Source of the DNA: Chloroflexota bacterium
Lineage (GTDB): Bacteria; Chloroflexota; Dormibacteria; DASZGP01
Direction of reading: 5' to 3'
DNA length: 39,871 bases
Assembly: GCA_034666445.1 (NCBI GenBank)
Contig: JAXDLV010000224.1
Coordinates: 1-39,871 of the forward strand
Part shown: in pieces, positions 26,133 to 36,709 of the stretch
Layout: every line of letters begins with the position of its first letter
Position numbering within the stretch: the stretch's first letter is position 1
Position numbers and translations under genes: made by a program
The notes under the pieces: model-generated
The model's input: only the letters and a program-made list of their open reading frames with translations
What the model was told of the DNA's origin: nothing
The model's database searches: none

Positions 26133-26932
26133 GTGCCGCCAATTGTGATTGGCGCCGGCCTGTTCGGCGGCTCCTGTGGTGGCGATGTCACTGGTTTCGA
26201 CGTGTCCTGCTTCAGGTTCATCCTGGGCAGCGACGTTTGGTTTGAGCCCTTTCTCCTCGTGCTGGTCATCACCGTCGTTGCCCAGACCGCCGGCGTCATC
26301 CTGGGGTTCCCGCTGGCCCTCGCACGGGTGTCGCCGAGCCGGCTTGTCCGCGCCCCCGCCAACTTCTACCTCTGGCTCTTCCGCGGCACCCCGCTGCTGC
26401 TCCAGATCCTGTTCGTGTACGACGGCACCGCCGAGCTGACGAACAACTCACCGCTCCTGTTCCCGATCACACGCAACGCGGTGATCGCAGGCATCGTCAC
26501 GCTGACCCTCAACGAGGCGGCCTACATGGCTGAGATCATCCGCTCAGGTCTGCAGGCGGTAGATGCCGGACAGGTGGACGCGGCCAAAGCCCTGGGGATG
26601 ACGCGCTGGACGGTCACGCGTCGCATCGTGGTTCCCCAGGCGCTGCGCATCGTGGTGCCCCCGACGACCAACGAGTACATCAACATGAGTAAGAACACGT
26701 CGCTGCTGGTCATCATCTCCGTTCACGAGCTGCTCCAGCAGGCATCCGCGTTCTACTCGGCCAACTTCCGATATTTCGAAGCCCTCGCCGTGGCGGCGAT
26801 CTACTACCTCGTCATCACCTCGCTGCTGACATTCGTGCAGCGCCGGATCGAGGACCGCTTCGGCGAGCGGCTCGACCGCGAGGGCCTGGCCCAGCCTGGC
26901 TTCTTCCGTCGGGCGCTCATGGGGACCCAGCG

Positions 26933-26936
<4 letters not shown>
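26133..26936 (+). CDS. Polar amino-acid ABC transporter permease
   Basis: Motifs FRGTPLLLQ, LNEAAYMAEIIRSG, GQVDAAKALGM (EAA loop), PQALR and KNTSL. Confidence 0.93.
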
Positions 26937-27700
<764 letters not shown>

Positions 27701-27726
27701 GCGCGGTCGGCCACCACGCGTGGCGC

Positions 27727-27735
27727 TGATAAAGT
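27727..27735 (+). promoter_or_regulatory. Extended -10 (TGaTAAAGT) 7 nt before the phosphomutase ATG
   Basis: TG-n-TAAAGT, then agccgcc, then ATG 27743. No SD, consistent with a leaderless mRNA. Confidence 0.6.
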
Positions 27736-27742
27736 AGCCGCC

Positions 27743-29203
27743 ATGCCTCCGCAGGTCGCCTCCGCGACCCGTCCTCAGATCAAATTTGGCACGGACGGGT
27801 GGCGCGGGATCATCGCCGATGACTTCACGTTTGAGAACGTCCGCTATGCCGCCCAGGGCATCGCGGCGTACATCCGCAAGCGCCCCGACCCCAGCGTGGT
27901 GATCGGTTTCGACTGCCGCTTCGGCGCCGACCGGTTCGCCGCCGAGGTGGCGCGGATCACGGCCGCCGCGGGCATCAAGACCTACCTCACCGACGCGCCG
28001 TCGCCCACCCAGGTCAGCTCCTGGACGATCCTCGAGCTGAAGGCCGACGGCGCGATCGTAATGACCGCCAGCCACAACCCCGCCCCCTACCTCGGCATCA
28101 AGTACAAGCCGGAGTACGCCGGCTCCGCGTCGCCCGAGGTGGTCGCCGCGCTGGAGGAGGAGATCGCCGCCGCCATCGCGGCCGACAGCGTGCAGCTCGC
28201 GGACCTGGACGAGGTCAAGGCGTCCGGCGTCGTCGAGGTGATCGACCCCCGCCCGGCGTACCAGCGGCAGGTGGCCAGGATGGTCGACCTGGACGCCCTC
28301 CGGGGTGCCGGGTTGAAGGTCCTGCACGACCCTATGTACGGCGCCGGGGCGGGCTACATCACCGATCTCCTCGCCGGTGGCAGCACGCAGGCCGAGGAGG
28401 TGCGGGCCGAGCGCAACCCGGGCTTCGGGGGGATCCATCCGGAGCCGATCCCCAAGAACCTCGCCTCCACCCTGGAGCTGATGAAGAACGGGGACCACGA
28501 CCTCTGCATCGCCACCGACGGCGACGCCGACCGGGTGGGCATCATCGACGAGACCGGCCGGTTCATCAACCAGCTCGAGGTCTACGCGCTGCTGATGGAC
28601 TACCTGATCGGCGTGCGCGGCCTGCGGGGGCCCGTCGTCCGGACGCTGACCAGCACTTCGATGGCGGACAAGCTGGCGGAGATCCATGGCGTCGAGTGCC
28701 ACGAGGTCCCCGTCGGCTTCAAGTACGTCGGCCCGCTGATGATCGAGACCGATGCGGTCCTCGGCGGCGAGGAGTCCGGCGGCTTCGGCTTTCGCGGCCA
28801 CATCCCGGAGCGCGACGGCATCCTCGCCGGGCTCTACTTCGCCGACATGATCAAGACCGCGGGCAAGCCCCTCAGTGCGATCCTCGCCGGGCTGTACGAG
28901 AAGGTCGGACCCCACGCCTACGACCGCCGCGACATCCAGGTCGACCGCGACGGCTACGCCGCCCTCAAGGAGGGCGTGTACCACAAGTTCCAGGACCATC
29001 CCCCGGACGAGTTCCTGGGCCGCAAGGTGGCCCGCAGCCGCAGCGACGACGGCTTCAAGTTCTACTTCGACGACGGCAGCTGGGTGCTCGTCCGTTTCAG
29101 CGGCACGGAGCCGCTGATCCGCGTCTACAGCGAGGCGCCCGACCAGGCCCAGGTGGATGCCCTGATAGGGGCGATGATCGAACGCATAGGAGTGCAGGCA
29201 TGA
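27743..29203 (+). CDS. Phosphoglucomutase/phosphomannomutase family protein
   Basis: Motifs FGTDGWRG, phosphoserine loop TASHNP, metal loop DGDADR, VGFKY, GGEESGG and RFSGTEPLIRVYSE. Confidence 0.95.
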   Translation: MPPQVASATRPQIKFGTDGWRGIIADDFTFENVRYAAQGIAAYIRKRPDPSVVIGFDCRFGADRFAAEVARITAAAGIKTYLTDAPSPTQVSSWTILELKADGAIVMTASHNPAPYLGIKYKPEYAGSASPEVVAALEEEIAAAIAADSVQLADLDEVKASGVVEVIDPRPAYQRQVARMVDLDALRGAGLKVLHDPMYGAGAGYITDLLAGGSTQAEEVRAERNPGFGGIHPEPIPKNLASTLELMKNGDHDLCIATDGDADRVGIIDETGRFINQLEVYALLMDYLIGVRGLRGPVVRTLTSTSMADKLAEIHGVECHEVPVGFKYVGPLMIETDAVLGGEESGGFGFRGHIPERDGILAGLYFADMIKTAGKPLSAILAGLYEKVGPHAYDRRDIQVDRDGYAALKEGVYHKFQDHPPDEFLGRKVARSRSDDGFKFYFDDGSWVLVRFSGTEPLIRVYSEAPDQAQVDALIGAMIERIGVQA

Positions 29204-29598
29204 GTGACGAAGCCGTACCCGGGACGCTGCGCGGCGTCCACGACGTCAAGGTTGACAAGCCGTGGGGCTTCGAGCTTCGCTTTGCCATCACCGAGCGCTA
29301 CCTGGGCAAGGTCATCCACGTGAACCAGGGCGAGGCGCTCTCGCTGCAGTACCACGAGGCCAAGGACGAGACGCTGCTTGTGACCGAGGGGGTGATGGAC
29401 CTCGAGCTGGAGAACGAGGCGGGGGAGATGCAGGTGCACCGGATGTCCGCCGGCGACTGCATCAGGATCATCCCCGGCCGGCGGCACCGGATGACGGCGG
29501 TGGAGGACTGCGAGTTCTTCGAGGTCTCGTCGCCGGAGATCAACGACGTCGTCCGGCTCGAGGATCGCTATGGCAGGGAAGGCACCAGTCACGCCTGA
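29200..29598 (+). CDS. Stand-alone cupin, mannose-6-phosphate isomerase type II-like
   Basis: ATG 29200 overlaps the upstream TGA. Motifs VDKPWG, LSLQYHEAKDET, PGRRHRM, EVSSPE and DVVRLEDRYGR resemble the C-terminal cupin of bifunctional ManC/PMI. Confidence 0.82.
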   Translation: MSDEAVPGTLRGVHDVKVDKPWGFELRFAITERYLGKVIHVNQGEALSLQYHEAKDETLLVTEGVMDLELENEAGEMQVHRMSAGDCIRIIPGRRHRMTAVEDCEFFEVSSPEINDVVRLEDRYGREGTSHA

Positions 29599-30508
29599 CG
29601 CCGAGAGCTGGGCGCCCTACCCGGACGCCGGCCTCGACAGCGACGCGGCTGTGGATGACCCCCCGGCCCCGGCAGAAGACGAAGACAGGCTCGAACCCCG
29701 CGCCGGCCGGGAGGCTGTCGTGGGGCGCAGCGACGCCGGCCTGGGCCCCCGCTACCTGCGCTTCCTGGTGGGCGCGGTCCTGCTGGTGGGCCTCTTCGAG
29801 CGCTCCGAGCTGCTCAGTCAGTCGGGCCTCTACATCCTGGTCGCCGCCCTGGTGGTGCTGACCGCGGTGGGCCTGGCGATCGGGTTTGCCAACGCGGGCG
29901 CGGACGCGGGGCCCGAGGCGGGCAGCCCGTGGGCGGCCAACCACTACCTCGTACCCGTCATGGCGGTGGCGGTGGGTGGCGCCGTCTCGGTGCTGGTGGC
30001 GGACTGGCGGATGCACCTCGGCGGCCAGCTGCTCATGACGGCGGCGATCTTCTCGGCGGGCTACGTGACCCTGGAGCGCTTCCGCGCCGAGCGCCGGCCG
30101 GGCCACGACTTCCTCCAGGACGCCGCCCTCATCCTTGTGCTGCTGGGCGCGTACGCCGCCATCCTGGCCGGCATCACCAGCCTCCCTCTGCGCCTGCTGC
30201 TGCTGTTCGTCGCCACCTGCATCGCCGCCTACGAGAACCTCTCCCGGGCCACCCCGGTCGCCGGCCGCGCGCTGGTGGGAGGGGTGATCGTCGGCCAGGT
30301 GGTCACTGCCATCGCCTTCGGCCTGATCTCCTATCAGTTCCTCGACGTGACCCGGCTGGCGACCATCCTGCTGGTCGCCTGGTACGTCAACCGCGGCATG
30401 GGCTACCACATGCTCGAGGGGTCGATGTCCCGCGGCATCTTCTTCGAGTACGTCCTGGGCGCGCTGGTCTGCGTGTCCCTGGTGGCCACCGCGCTCCTCA
30501 CCCATTGA
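29570..30508 (+). CDS. Multi-pass membrane protein of unknown function
   Basis: Acidic disordered N-terminus followed by about 8-9 hydrophobic segments. GC3-rich codon use. Overlaps both neighbours in an operon-like way. Confidence 0.78.
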   Translation: MAGKAPVTPDAESWAPYPDAGLDSDAAVDDPPAPAEDEDRLEPRAGREAVVGRSDAGLGPRYLRFLVGAVLLVGLFERSELLSQSGLYILVAALVVLTAVGLAIGFANAGADAGPEAGSPWAANHYLVPVMAVAVGGAVSVLVADWRMHLGGQLLMTAAIFSAGYVTLERFRAERRPGHDFLQDAALILVLLGAYAAILAGITSLPLRLLLLFVATCIAAYENLSRATPVAGRALVGGVIVGQVVTAIAFGLISYQFLDVTRLATILLVAWYVNRGMGYHMLEGSMSRGIFFEYVLGALVCVSLVATALLTH

Positions 30509-31395
30509 GGCTGCCCCGGCTCGCCATCGGCCTCGCCGCGGTGCTGGTGATCGTGGCCTGCCGGCCGTCGACCACGGAGGCGCCCCAGCTTCCCGGCGCC
30601 ATCGACCAGCCGCCGATGGCCGCCAGCCCGCTGCCCGCCCCGACCGGCCTGGTGACAGCGGGGCAGCTGACCGTCGCCATCGTGCCCACCCTCCCGGTCC
30701 AGCAGTACCTCGACAAGGCGGGCAAACCGGCGGGCTTCGACATCGACCTCGCGGGCGCGATCGCCAGCCAGCTGGGCCTGAAGGTCGCGTTCCAGCAGGT
30801 GGAGCGGGAGGACGACATCGTCCCGGGCTTCGCCGACAAGGACCGCAAGTACGACTTCGGGCTTGCCGACCAGGTGGACAGCCCTGCGCTGGACGCCGGC
30901 GCCAAGACCCTGCCGTACTTCACCACGGGCCAGGCGCTGCTCGTGCCCGCCTCCGACACCTCCACCCAGAGCCCGGCCGACCTCTGCGGCCAGAGCATCG
31001 GCGCGCTGCGGAACAGCGCGGGTGAGCTGGTGGTGCTGCGCCGCAACGACGTGCGCTGCAAGGACAACAAGCTGCAGTACCAGCCCTACGACGACGGCGC
31101 CAAGGCCCTGCCCGACCTGCGCGCCGGCAGCCTCAAGGCCTACATCGACGAGTACGCGACGGTGGTCTTCTTCGCCCGCGTCCAGTCCGGCCTGCGGGTG
31201 GTGCCCCACCCGCTGGGGCAGGCCAAGGAGGTGATGGTCTTCTCGATCAGCGACAGCGCCCTCCACGACGCCGTGGCCGGCGCCCTCGATCGCCTCAAGG
31301 CCGACGGGACCTACGCCGCGCTGCTGAAGAAGTGGGGCCTGGATGAGGGCGCCGTGGACGCCCCCGTGGCCTCGCCGGTGCCGTCCCCGAGCTAA
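30505..31395 (+). CDS. Second polar amino-acid ABC substrate-binding lipoprotein (orphan)
   Basis: TTG 30505 overlaps the upstream TGA. Lipobox IVAC, GFDIDLA, ADLCG and DGTYAALLKKWGL. Confidence 0.85.
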   Translation: MRLPRLAIGLAAVLVIVACRPSTTEAPQLPGAIDQPPMAASPLPAPTGLVTAGQLTVAIVPTLPVQQYLDKAGKPAGFDIDLAGAIASQLGLKVAFQQVEREDDIVPGFADKDRKYDFGLADQVDSPALDAGAKTLPYFTTGQALLVPASDTSTQSPADLCGQSIGALRNSAGELVVLRRNDVRCKDNKLQYQPYDDGAKALPDLRAGSLKAYIDEYATVVFFARVQSGLRVVPHPLGQAKEVMVFSISDSALHDAVAGALDRLKADGTYAALLKKWGLDEGAVDAPVASPVPSPS

Positions 31396-32111
31396 ATGCC
31401 GAGGTAGGCCTTCTGCACCTCGGACGAGTCCAGCAGCTCCTTGGCGGAACCCTGGTGGACGATGTTGCCGGTCTCCATGACGTAACCGCGGTTGGCCAGC
31501 TTGAGGGCACGAAGCGCGTTCTGCTCGATCAGCAGGATGGTGGTGCCCTGCTGGTTGATCTCCTCCAGGACCTCGAAGATCCGGTCGGTGAGCACCGGGG
31601 CCAGGCCCAGGGAGGGCTCGTCGAGGAGAAGGAGCCGGGGCTGGGCCATCAGGGCCCGACCGATGGCCAGCATCTGCTGCTCGCCCCCGGAGAGCGTGCC
31701 GCCGGTCTGGGTCCGGCGCTCGGCGAGGCGGGGGAACAGTTGGAAGACACGCTCCATGTCCTGCCGGATGCCATCCCGGTCCTTGCGGACGTAAGCTCCC
31801 ATCAGCAGGTTCTCGTGCACCGACATGCGGGAGAACACCAGGCGGCCTTCGGGTGAGAGGGCGATGCCGCCCCGCACGATCTGCTCCGGGCTGAGCTTGG
31901 CCAGGTCACGACCGTCGAACGTGATAGCGCCGGCGGTGGGCTTGAGCAGCCCGGCGATCGTGCGCACGGTTGTCGACTTGCCCGCGCCGTTGGCGCCGAT
32001 CAGGGTAACGATCTCTCCCTCCTCGACCTTGAGGCTGATGCCCCTCAGGGCCTGGATCGCGCCGTAGCTGACCTGGATGTCATTGACCTCGAGGAAAGCC
32101 CTCTCGCTCAC
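31392..32111 (-). CDS. livF: Branched-chain amino-acid ABC transporter ATP-binding protein
   Basis: Motifs GANGAGKS, PEGR, LFPRLAER, LSGGEQQMLAIGRALM, DEPSLGLAP, IEQN and AYLG. Confidence 0.94.
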   Translation of the reverse strand: MSERAFLEVNDIQVSYGAIQALRGISLKVEEGEIVTLIGANGAGKSTTVRTIAGLLKPTAGAITFDGRDLAKLSPEQIVRGGIALSPEGRLVFSRMSVHENLLMGAYVRKDRDGIRQDMERVFQLFPRLAERRTQTGGTLSGGEQQMLAIGRALMAQPRLLLLDEPSLGLAPVLTDRIFEVLEEINQQGTTILLIEQNALRALKLANRGYVMETGNIVHQGSAKELLDSSEVQKAYLGI

Positions 32112-32869
32112 GCGTCGGCTCCCAGGTAGGCCTTGATCACGGCGGCGTCCTGTCGAACGTCGGCCGGCAGCCCCTCGGAGATCTTGGTCCCGTAGTCCAG
32201 CACGGCGACGTGGTCGGAGATCCCCATCACGACCTTCATATCGTGTTCGATCAGGAAGATCGTGGTGCCGCGATCGCGGATCTCTCGGATGACCTGTGAC
32301 AGCTCAACCTTCTCCTGCGGGTTGGTGCCGGCTGCCGGCTCGTCAAGTAGCAGCAGCTTGGGCTCACTGGCGAGCGCCCGGGCGATCTCCAGGCGCCGCT
32401 GCAACCCGTAGGGCAGGTTGCGGGCAAGCTCGTACTGTCGTTTCAGCAGCCCCAACGTATCGAGATGGTGGCGGGCGGCCTCCACCGAAGCTTTCTCCTC
32501 CCGCCGCTCGGACCGGGTGCGGAACACAGAGCCCCAGTACGTCGCGCGCATGCGGCAATGCCGGCCGACCAGCACGTTGTCCAGTGCGCTCATGTTCCCG
32601 AAGAGCCGGATATTCTGGAAGGTGCGGGCGATGCCGCGGGCGGTCACGCTGTGCGGCTTCAGACCGCTGGTGGGCACGCCCTCGAGAATGACGTCCCCCG
32701 AAGTGGGCGCGTAGAAGGCGGTGATCATGTTGAACACCGTGGTCTTGCCGGCGCCATTGGGGCCGATGAGGCTGGTGATGCTCCCCGCCTCGACCTCCAG
32801 GTCGAGGTCGTTGACGGCCACCAGGCCGCCGAACGTCTTGGTCAAGTGGCTGAGCTGGAGCAACGCCAT
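32108..32869 (-). CDS. livG: Branched-chain amino-acid ABC transporter ATP-binding protein
   Basis: Start MALLQL at 32869. Motifs FGGLVAV, GPNGAGKTT, ARTFQNIRLF, LPYG, DEPAAG and IEHDM. Confidence 0.94.
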   Translation of the reverse strand: MALLQLSHLTKTFGGLVAVNDLDLEVEAGSITSLIGPNGAGKTTVFNMITAFYAPTSGDVILEGVPTSGLKPHSVTARGIARTFQNIRLFGNMSALDNVLVGRHCRMRATYWGSVFRTRSERREEKASVEAARHHLDTLGLLKRQYELARNLPYGLQRRLEIARALASEPKLLLLDEPAAGTNPQEKVELSQVIREIRDRGTTIFLIEHDMKVVMGISDHVAVLDYGTKISEGLPADVRQDAAVIKAYLGADA

Positions 32870-32871
32870 CG

Positions 32872-34176
32872 CTACAGCTGCCGCAGATCGGCTGCGGCTT
32901 CTACGTGGGGCAGGCCGGTGCCGTCGTCCACCGTCTCGGCCAGCTCGGCCTGCCGCTGCTGGCTGGGCAGCAGTCCCTGTGGCCTGAAGGTGATCATGAG
33001 CACCAGGATCACGCCGAAGATCAGCACACGGAGAGACGCCAGCTGGCTGGACAGGAAGTACGGGAGGCCGATCGCAACCGCACCCACGGCGGCGCCCTGG
33101 ATGCTGCCCATCCCGCCGACGACAACCATGCACAGGACCAGGACTGACAGAAAGAGCTGGAACGATTCTGGCGCGATGACGTGGGAGCCGGCGGCGAAGA
33201 CCGCTCCCGCCATGCCGCCGAAGAACCCACCCGACGCATAGGCCAGGAGTTTGAGATTGCGGGTGTGGATACCAGCCACCTCGGCCGCAACCTCGTCTTC
33301 GCGGATGGCGGTCCAGGCTCGGCCCACACGCGACGTCGCCAGCCGGGCGACGAAGAACACGGTGATCACGATCAGCAGCAGGACCAGGTAGTAGTAATTC
33401 AGGAAGGGCGGTATGGAGATCGGCCCTATGTGGTTGGCGATGTCGCCGAAGCTGTATCCGCCGATGAACATGTCATCGATCCGCACCACCCCGTTGGGGC
33501 CATTGGTGATGTTGACCGGGGTATCCAGGTTCTGCGCAAAGATGCGTGTGATCTCGCCGAACCCCAGCGTGACGATCGCCAGGTAGTCGCCGCGCAGGCG
33601 AAGCGTCGGAATGCCGATCAAGACGCCGAAGCCGGCAGCCGCCAGGCCGGCGATGGGAAGCATGACCAGCATCGAGATGTGGACCCCGGAGCCCACGGTT
33701 GCCGGGACCAGGAAATGGAAGGTGGCGTGCAGCGTTTCGCCCAGCTGGGGCGAGGCGAATATGCCGTATACGTAGGCGCCGACGGCGAAGAATGCAACAT
33801 ACCCCAGGTCGAGTAGCCCGGTGTAGCCAACGACGATATTGAGGCCGATCGCCAGCAGGACATACAGCTCCACGTTGTATGTGACTGTCAGGTAGTAGCC
33901 CCCGGTGAGCATTTCGACCAGGGGCAGAATCAATGCGATGGCAAGCAGGACCCGCACGTCCCTCAAGGGCCGGCGCCCGGCGAGTCCAGGCAACCTCACG
34001 TGCGGAATCGAGACCCGTAAGCCCCTCTTGGCCAGGATCCGGATGGCCAGGTAAAGGCCGCCAAAGACGGCCACCTGCCAGCAGAGGACGAGCAGGGAGC
34101 CGAAATTGAGCCCGCCCACGGGGTAGTCGCCGAAGGGGCCGTGCAGCAGAAACTCGAGTGCCTTCAGCACGTTCAT
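32872..34176 (-). CDS. livM: Branched-chain amino-acid ABC transporter permease
   Basis: Motifs GLNIVVGYTGLLDLGYVAFFAVGAY, PTLRLRGDYLAIVTLGFGE, GRAWTAIREDE and RPQGL. Confidence 0.94.
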   Translation of the reverse strand: MNVLKALEFLLHGPFGDYPVGGLNFGSLLVLCWQVAVFGGLYLAIRILAKRGLRVSIPHVRLPGLAGRRPLRDVRVLLAIALILPLVEMLTGGYYLTVTYNVELYVLLAIGLNIVVGYTGLLDLGYVAFFAVGAYVYGIFASPQLGETLHATFHFLVPATVGSGVHISMLVMLPIAGLAAAGFGVLIGIPTLRLRGDYLAIVTLGFGEITRIFAQNLDTPVNITNGPNGVVRIDDMFIGGYSFGDIANHIGPISIPPFLNYYYLVLLLIVITVFFVARLATSRVGRAWTAIREDEVAAEVAGIHTRNLKLLAYASGGFFGGMAGAVFAAGSHVIAPESFQLFLSVLVLCMVVVGGMGSIQGAAVGAVAIGLPYFLSSQLASLRVLIFGVILVLMITFRPQGLLPSQQRQAELAETVDDGTGLPHVEAAADLRQL

Positions 34177-35144
34177 GCTCGCTCACTCACCCGCTCCCTG
34201 AGGATGCCGGACGGGCGGAAGACCAGGATCAGGATCAGGAGTGCGAATGCGAACACGCTCTGATACGAGGACGAGAAGAAGCCGCAGCTTATGTTGCTGA
34301 TGTAGGCCGCGCCCAGCGCCTCGGCGAGTCCCAGGAAGAAGCCTCCCAGCATCGCCCCCGGGATGTTCCCGATCCCGCCGATGACTGCCGCGGTGAACGC
34401 CTTGAGGCCGAGCAGGAAGCCGATCGAGTTGCTGGTCGAGTAGTTGAGCACCCAGAGCAGGCCGGCGGCGCCCGCCAGCGCCGAGCCGATAACAAAAGTG
34501 AAGGAGATCACGCTGTCAAGATTCACGCCCATCAATGCCGCCGCCTCGCGGTTCTGGGCCACCGCGCGCATGCCGCGCCCCAGCCGGGTGCGCCGCACCA
34601 GGAACTGAAGGCCCACCATCATCAGGATTGACGAAATGACCATCAAAACCTGCACGTTGGTGACGCTGACATAGCCATAGATCGGCCACTCGCCGCGGAT
34701 GAGCGTCGGCAGCGCGTGGTTGCGGTCGCTGACATATGTCGTCACCCAGGCCTCGAGGACGAAGCTCACGCCGATGGCGCTGATCAGCGGCGCCAGCCGG
34801 GGTGCGTTTCGCAGCGGGCGGTAGGCGATCTTCTCGATCGCGAACCCCAGCGCCGCACACGCCACCATGGCCAGTACCGTCCCCAGGAGCAGGACCGCCA
34901 GCAGGAGTGGGAAGGTCATCTCAGGGCCGGCGTGGGTGGCCTGGACGACGCCGAAGATGATGAACGTGCCGATCATGAACACGTCGCCGTGCGCGAAGTT
35001 GATCAGCTCCAGCACGCCATAGACCATGCTGTAGCCGAGGGCGATGAGAGCGTAGATGCTGCCCAGGGCGATGCCGTTAATGAGTTGCTGCAGCACCCCC
35101 TCGGGGGTGATGCCCGACGTCAGTAGATCGAAGCAGTGCTCCAT
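34173..35144 (-). CDS. livH: Branched-chain amino-acid ABC transporter permease
   Basis: Motifs GSIYALIALGYSMVYG..INFAHG, AYRPLR, GRGMRAVAQN, KAFTAAVIGGIG and RPSG. Confidence 0.94.
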   Translation of the reverse strand: MEHCFDLLTSGITPEGVLQQLINGIALGSIYALIALGYSMVYGVLELINFAHGDVFMIGTFIIFGVVQATHAGPEMTFPLLLAVLLLGTVLAMVACAALGFAIEKIAYRPLRNAPRLAPLISAIGVSFVLEAWVTTYVSDRNHALPTLIRGEWPIYGYVSVTNVQVLMVISSILMMVGLQFLVRRTRLGRGMRAVAQNREAAALMGVNLDSVISFTFVIGSALAGAAGLLWVLNYSTSNSIGFLLGLKAFTAAVIGGIGNIPGAMLGGFFLGLAEALGAAYISNISCGFFSSSYQSVFAFALLILILVFRPSGILRERVSERA

Positions 35145-35160
35145 TCACCACCCAACTAAG

Positions 35161-35192
35161 GAGATGGACAGGCCGCGCGGCCTGCCCATCTC
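35161..35192 (-). terminator. Intercistronic stem-loop between the SBP gene and livH
   Basis: Minus strand GAGATGGGCAGGCC-gcgc-GGCCTGTCCATCTC forms a 14-bp stem whose single non-Watson-Crick pair is G-U on the transcribed strand. Confidence 0.65.
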
Positions 35193-35211
35193 ATGATTCT
35201 GCCCGGTCTGT

Positions 35212-36486
35212 CTAGCTTGTGGGGTTGTGCGTGGTCACCGGCTTGAACGGCTTCCAGTCGCCGCCAGTGAACTTCCAAATCGTGAAAACGGTGTCGATGA
35301 CGTCGCCCTTGCTGTTGAAGGAGATCGTTCCGCTGATGCCCTTGTAGTCCTTGGTGGCGCCGATGTCAGCGATGATCTTGGCCTTGTCGGGGCCGTCCTT
35401 CTTGAGCGCGGCGATGATGATGTTCGTGGCGTCGTAGGCCTGGGGCGCGTACTGGAACACGTCCTGGTTGAACTTCGCCTTGTACTTGGCCTGGAAGTCG
35501 GTGAGCGAGCTGACAGCAGGGCCTCCGTTGGAGGCGAAGGCTCCGTCACCGGATGCCCCTGCCAGGTCCTTGAAATCGGAGTTCTGCCAGCCGTCGCCGC
35601 CCGCGATCGGGATGTTCAGGCCAAGGTCCTTGGCCTGCTTCGCGAATGGGCCGGCCTCCTGCGAGTACCCGCCGTAGTAGATGGCGTCCGGGTTCTTGCC
35701 CTTGATCGTCGTCAGCTGCGACTTGAAGTCACCGCCCGGGCCGGCGGTGACGTGCTCGGTGGCCACCACCGTGCCACCGTCCACAGGGATCTGAGTGGCC
35801 GCGGCAGCCGCAAGACCCGCACCGTACGTGCTCTTGTCGTCGACCACCGCTATGTTCTTGCAGCCCAGCGTCTTGACGAGAAGGTCGGCTCCGATCGGAC
35901 CCTGCTGGTCGTCACGTCCGATGACGCGGAATGAGGAGATCGGCGTGGGCTGCTGGTCCGTGTACTTGGGGTTGGTGGCTGAAGGCGAGATCTGGGCGAT
36001 GCCGTTGTCGTGGTAGATCTTCTGAGCCGCGATGCTCGCGGTGGAGAAGATGCCGCCGACGACGGCCACGACCTTGTCGTCCGCCAGCTTCTGTGCGGCG
36101 GTCTGTGCACCAGCCGCGGTGGCATCAACGTCGTCCTGGGCGTCGACCTCCAGGGTGTATGGCGTGCCATTGAAGGTGAAGCCCCCGCCCGCGTCGTCGA
36201 TAGCCATCTGCACGCCGTTCTTGGCGTCAATCCCGTAGTTCTTCGAGCTTCCGGCGAGCATGCCCTGGAAACCGATCTTGACGACCGCCCCGCCCACGGT
36301 TGCGGGAGCCGCCACCATGTCGGCGGCGTTCGCCAGGCTGGGAGCGCCAACTGAGCCCCCGAGCGCTGTCGCATTCAGATTGGTGCAGCCTGTCGTGCCA
36401 GCACTGCTGGACGACCCGCAGGCCGCCAGGCCGACAACCGCGCCGGCCGCAAGAGCCAGCCCTTTTCGTAGATGCATAAACCTCAT
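35212..36486 (-). CDS. Branched-chain amino-acid ABC substrate-binding lipoprotein (LivK/LivJ family)
   Basis: Lipobox LAACG, VKIG, VVGGIFS, ISPSATNP, FRVIGRDDQQG, DFKSQLT.IK..NPDAI, AYDA and GTISFNSKGD. First gene of the liv operon. Confidence 0.92.
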   Translation of the reverse strand: MRFMHLRKGLALAAGAVVGLAACGSSSSAGTTGCTNLNATALGGSVGAPSLANAADMVAAPATVGGAVVKIGFQGMLAGSSKNYGIDAKNGVQMAIDDAGGGFTFNGTPYTLEVDAQDDVDATAAGAQTAAQKLADDKVVAVVGGIFSTASIAAQKIYHDNGIAQISPSATNPKYTDQQPTPISSFRVIGRDDQQGPIGADLLVKTLGCKNIAVVDDKSTYGAGLAAAAATQIPVDGGTVVATEHVTAGPGGDFKSQLTTIKGKNPDAIYYGGYSQEAGPFAKQAKDLGLNIPIAGGDGWQNSDFKDLAGASGDGAFASNGGPAVSSLTDFQAKYKAKFNQDVFQYAPQAYDATNIIIAALKKDGPDKAKIIADIGATKDYKGISGTISFNSKGDVIDTVFTIWKFTGGDWKPFKPVTTHNPTS

Positions 36487-36642
36487 CCTCCGTGGCTATC
36501 ACCCCGAACAGGCGATCAGCAGCCCCTTTTGTATCACGGCTGCAAGATGTCGGGCCAGCGGAGGGCTGCGAGTCCCCCGAGTTCGACGCCATATTGGCGG
36601 GGCAACCGCTGGGGGGGTACACGGGGGGTCTACCCCCGTGCG

Positions 36643-36648
36643 TATACT
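36643..36648 (+). promoter_or_regulatory. Candidate -10 (TATACT) for the TPR gene
   Basis: TATACT lies ~60 nt upstream of TTG 36710, which has GGAGGGAG just before it. Confidence 0.5.
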
Positions 36649-36709
36649 TGCTGTCGCTCTGGCGCGGACTGGCGGCGCCCGCGCGCCATCAATCAGTGGA
36701 GGGAGCCCC

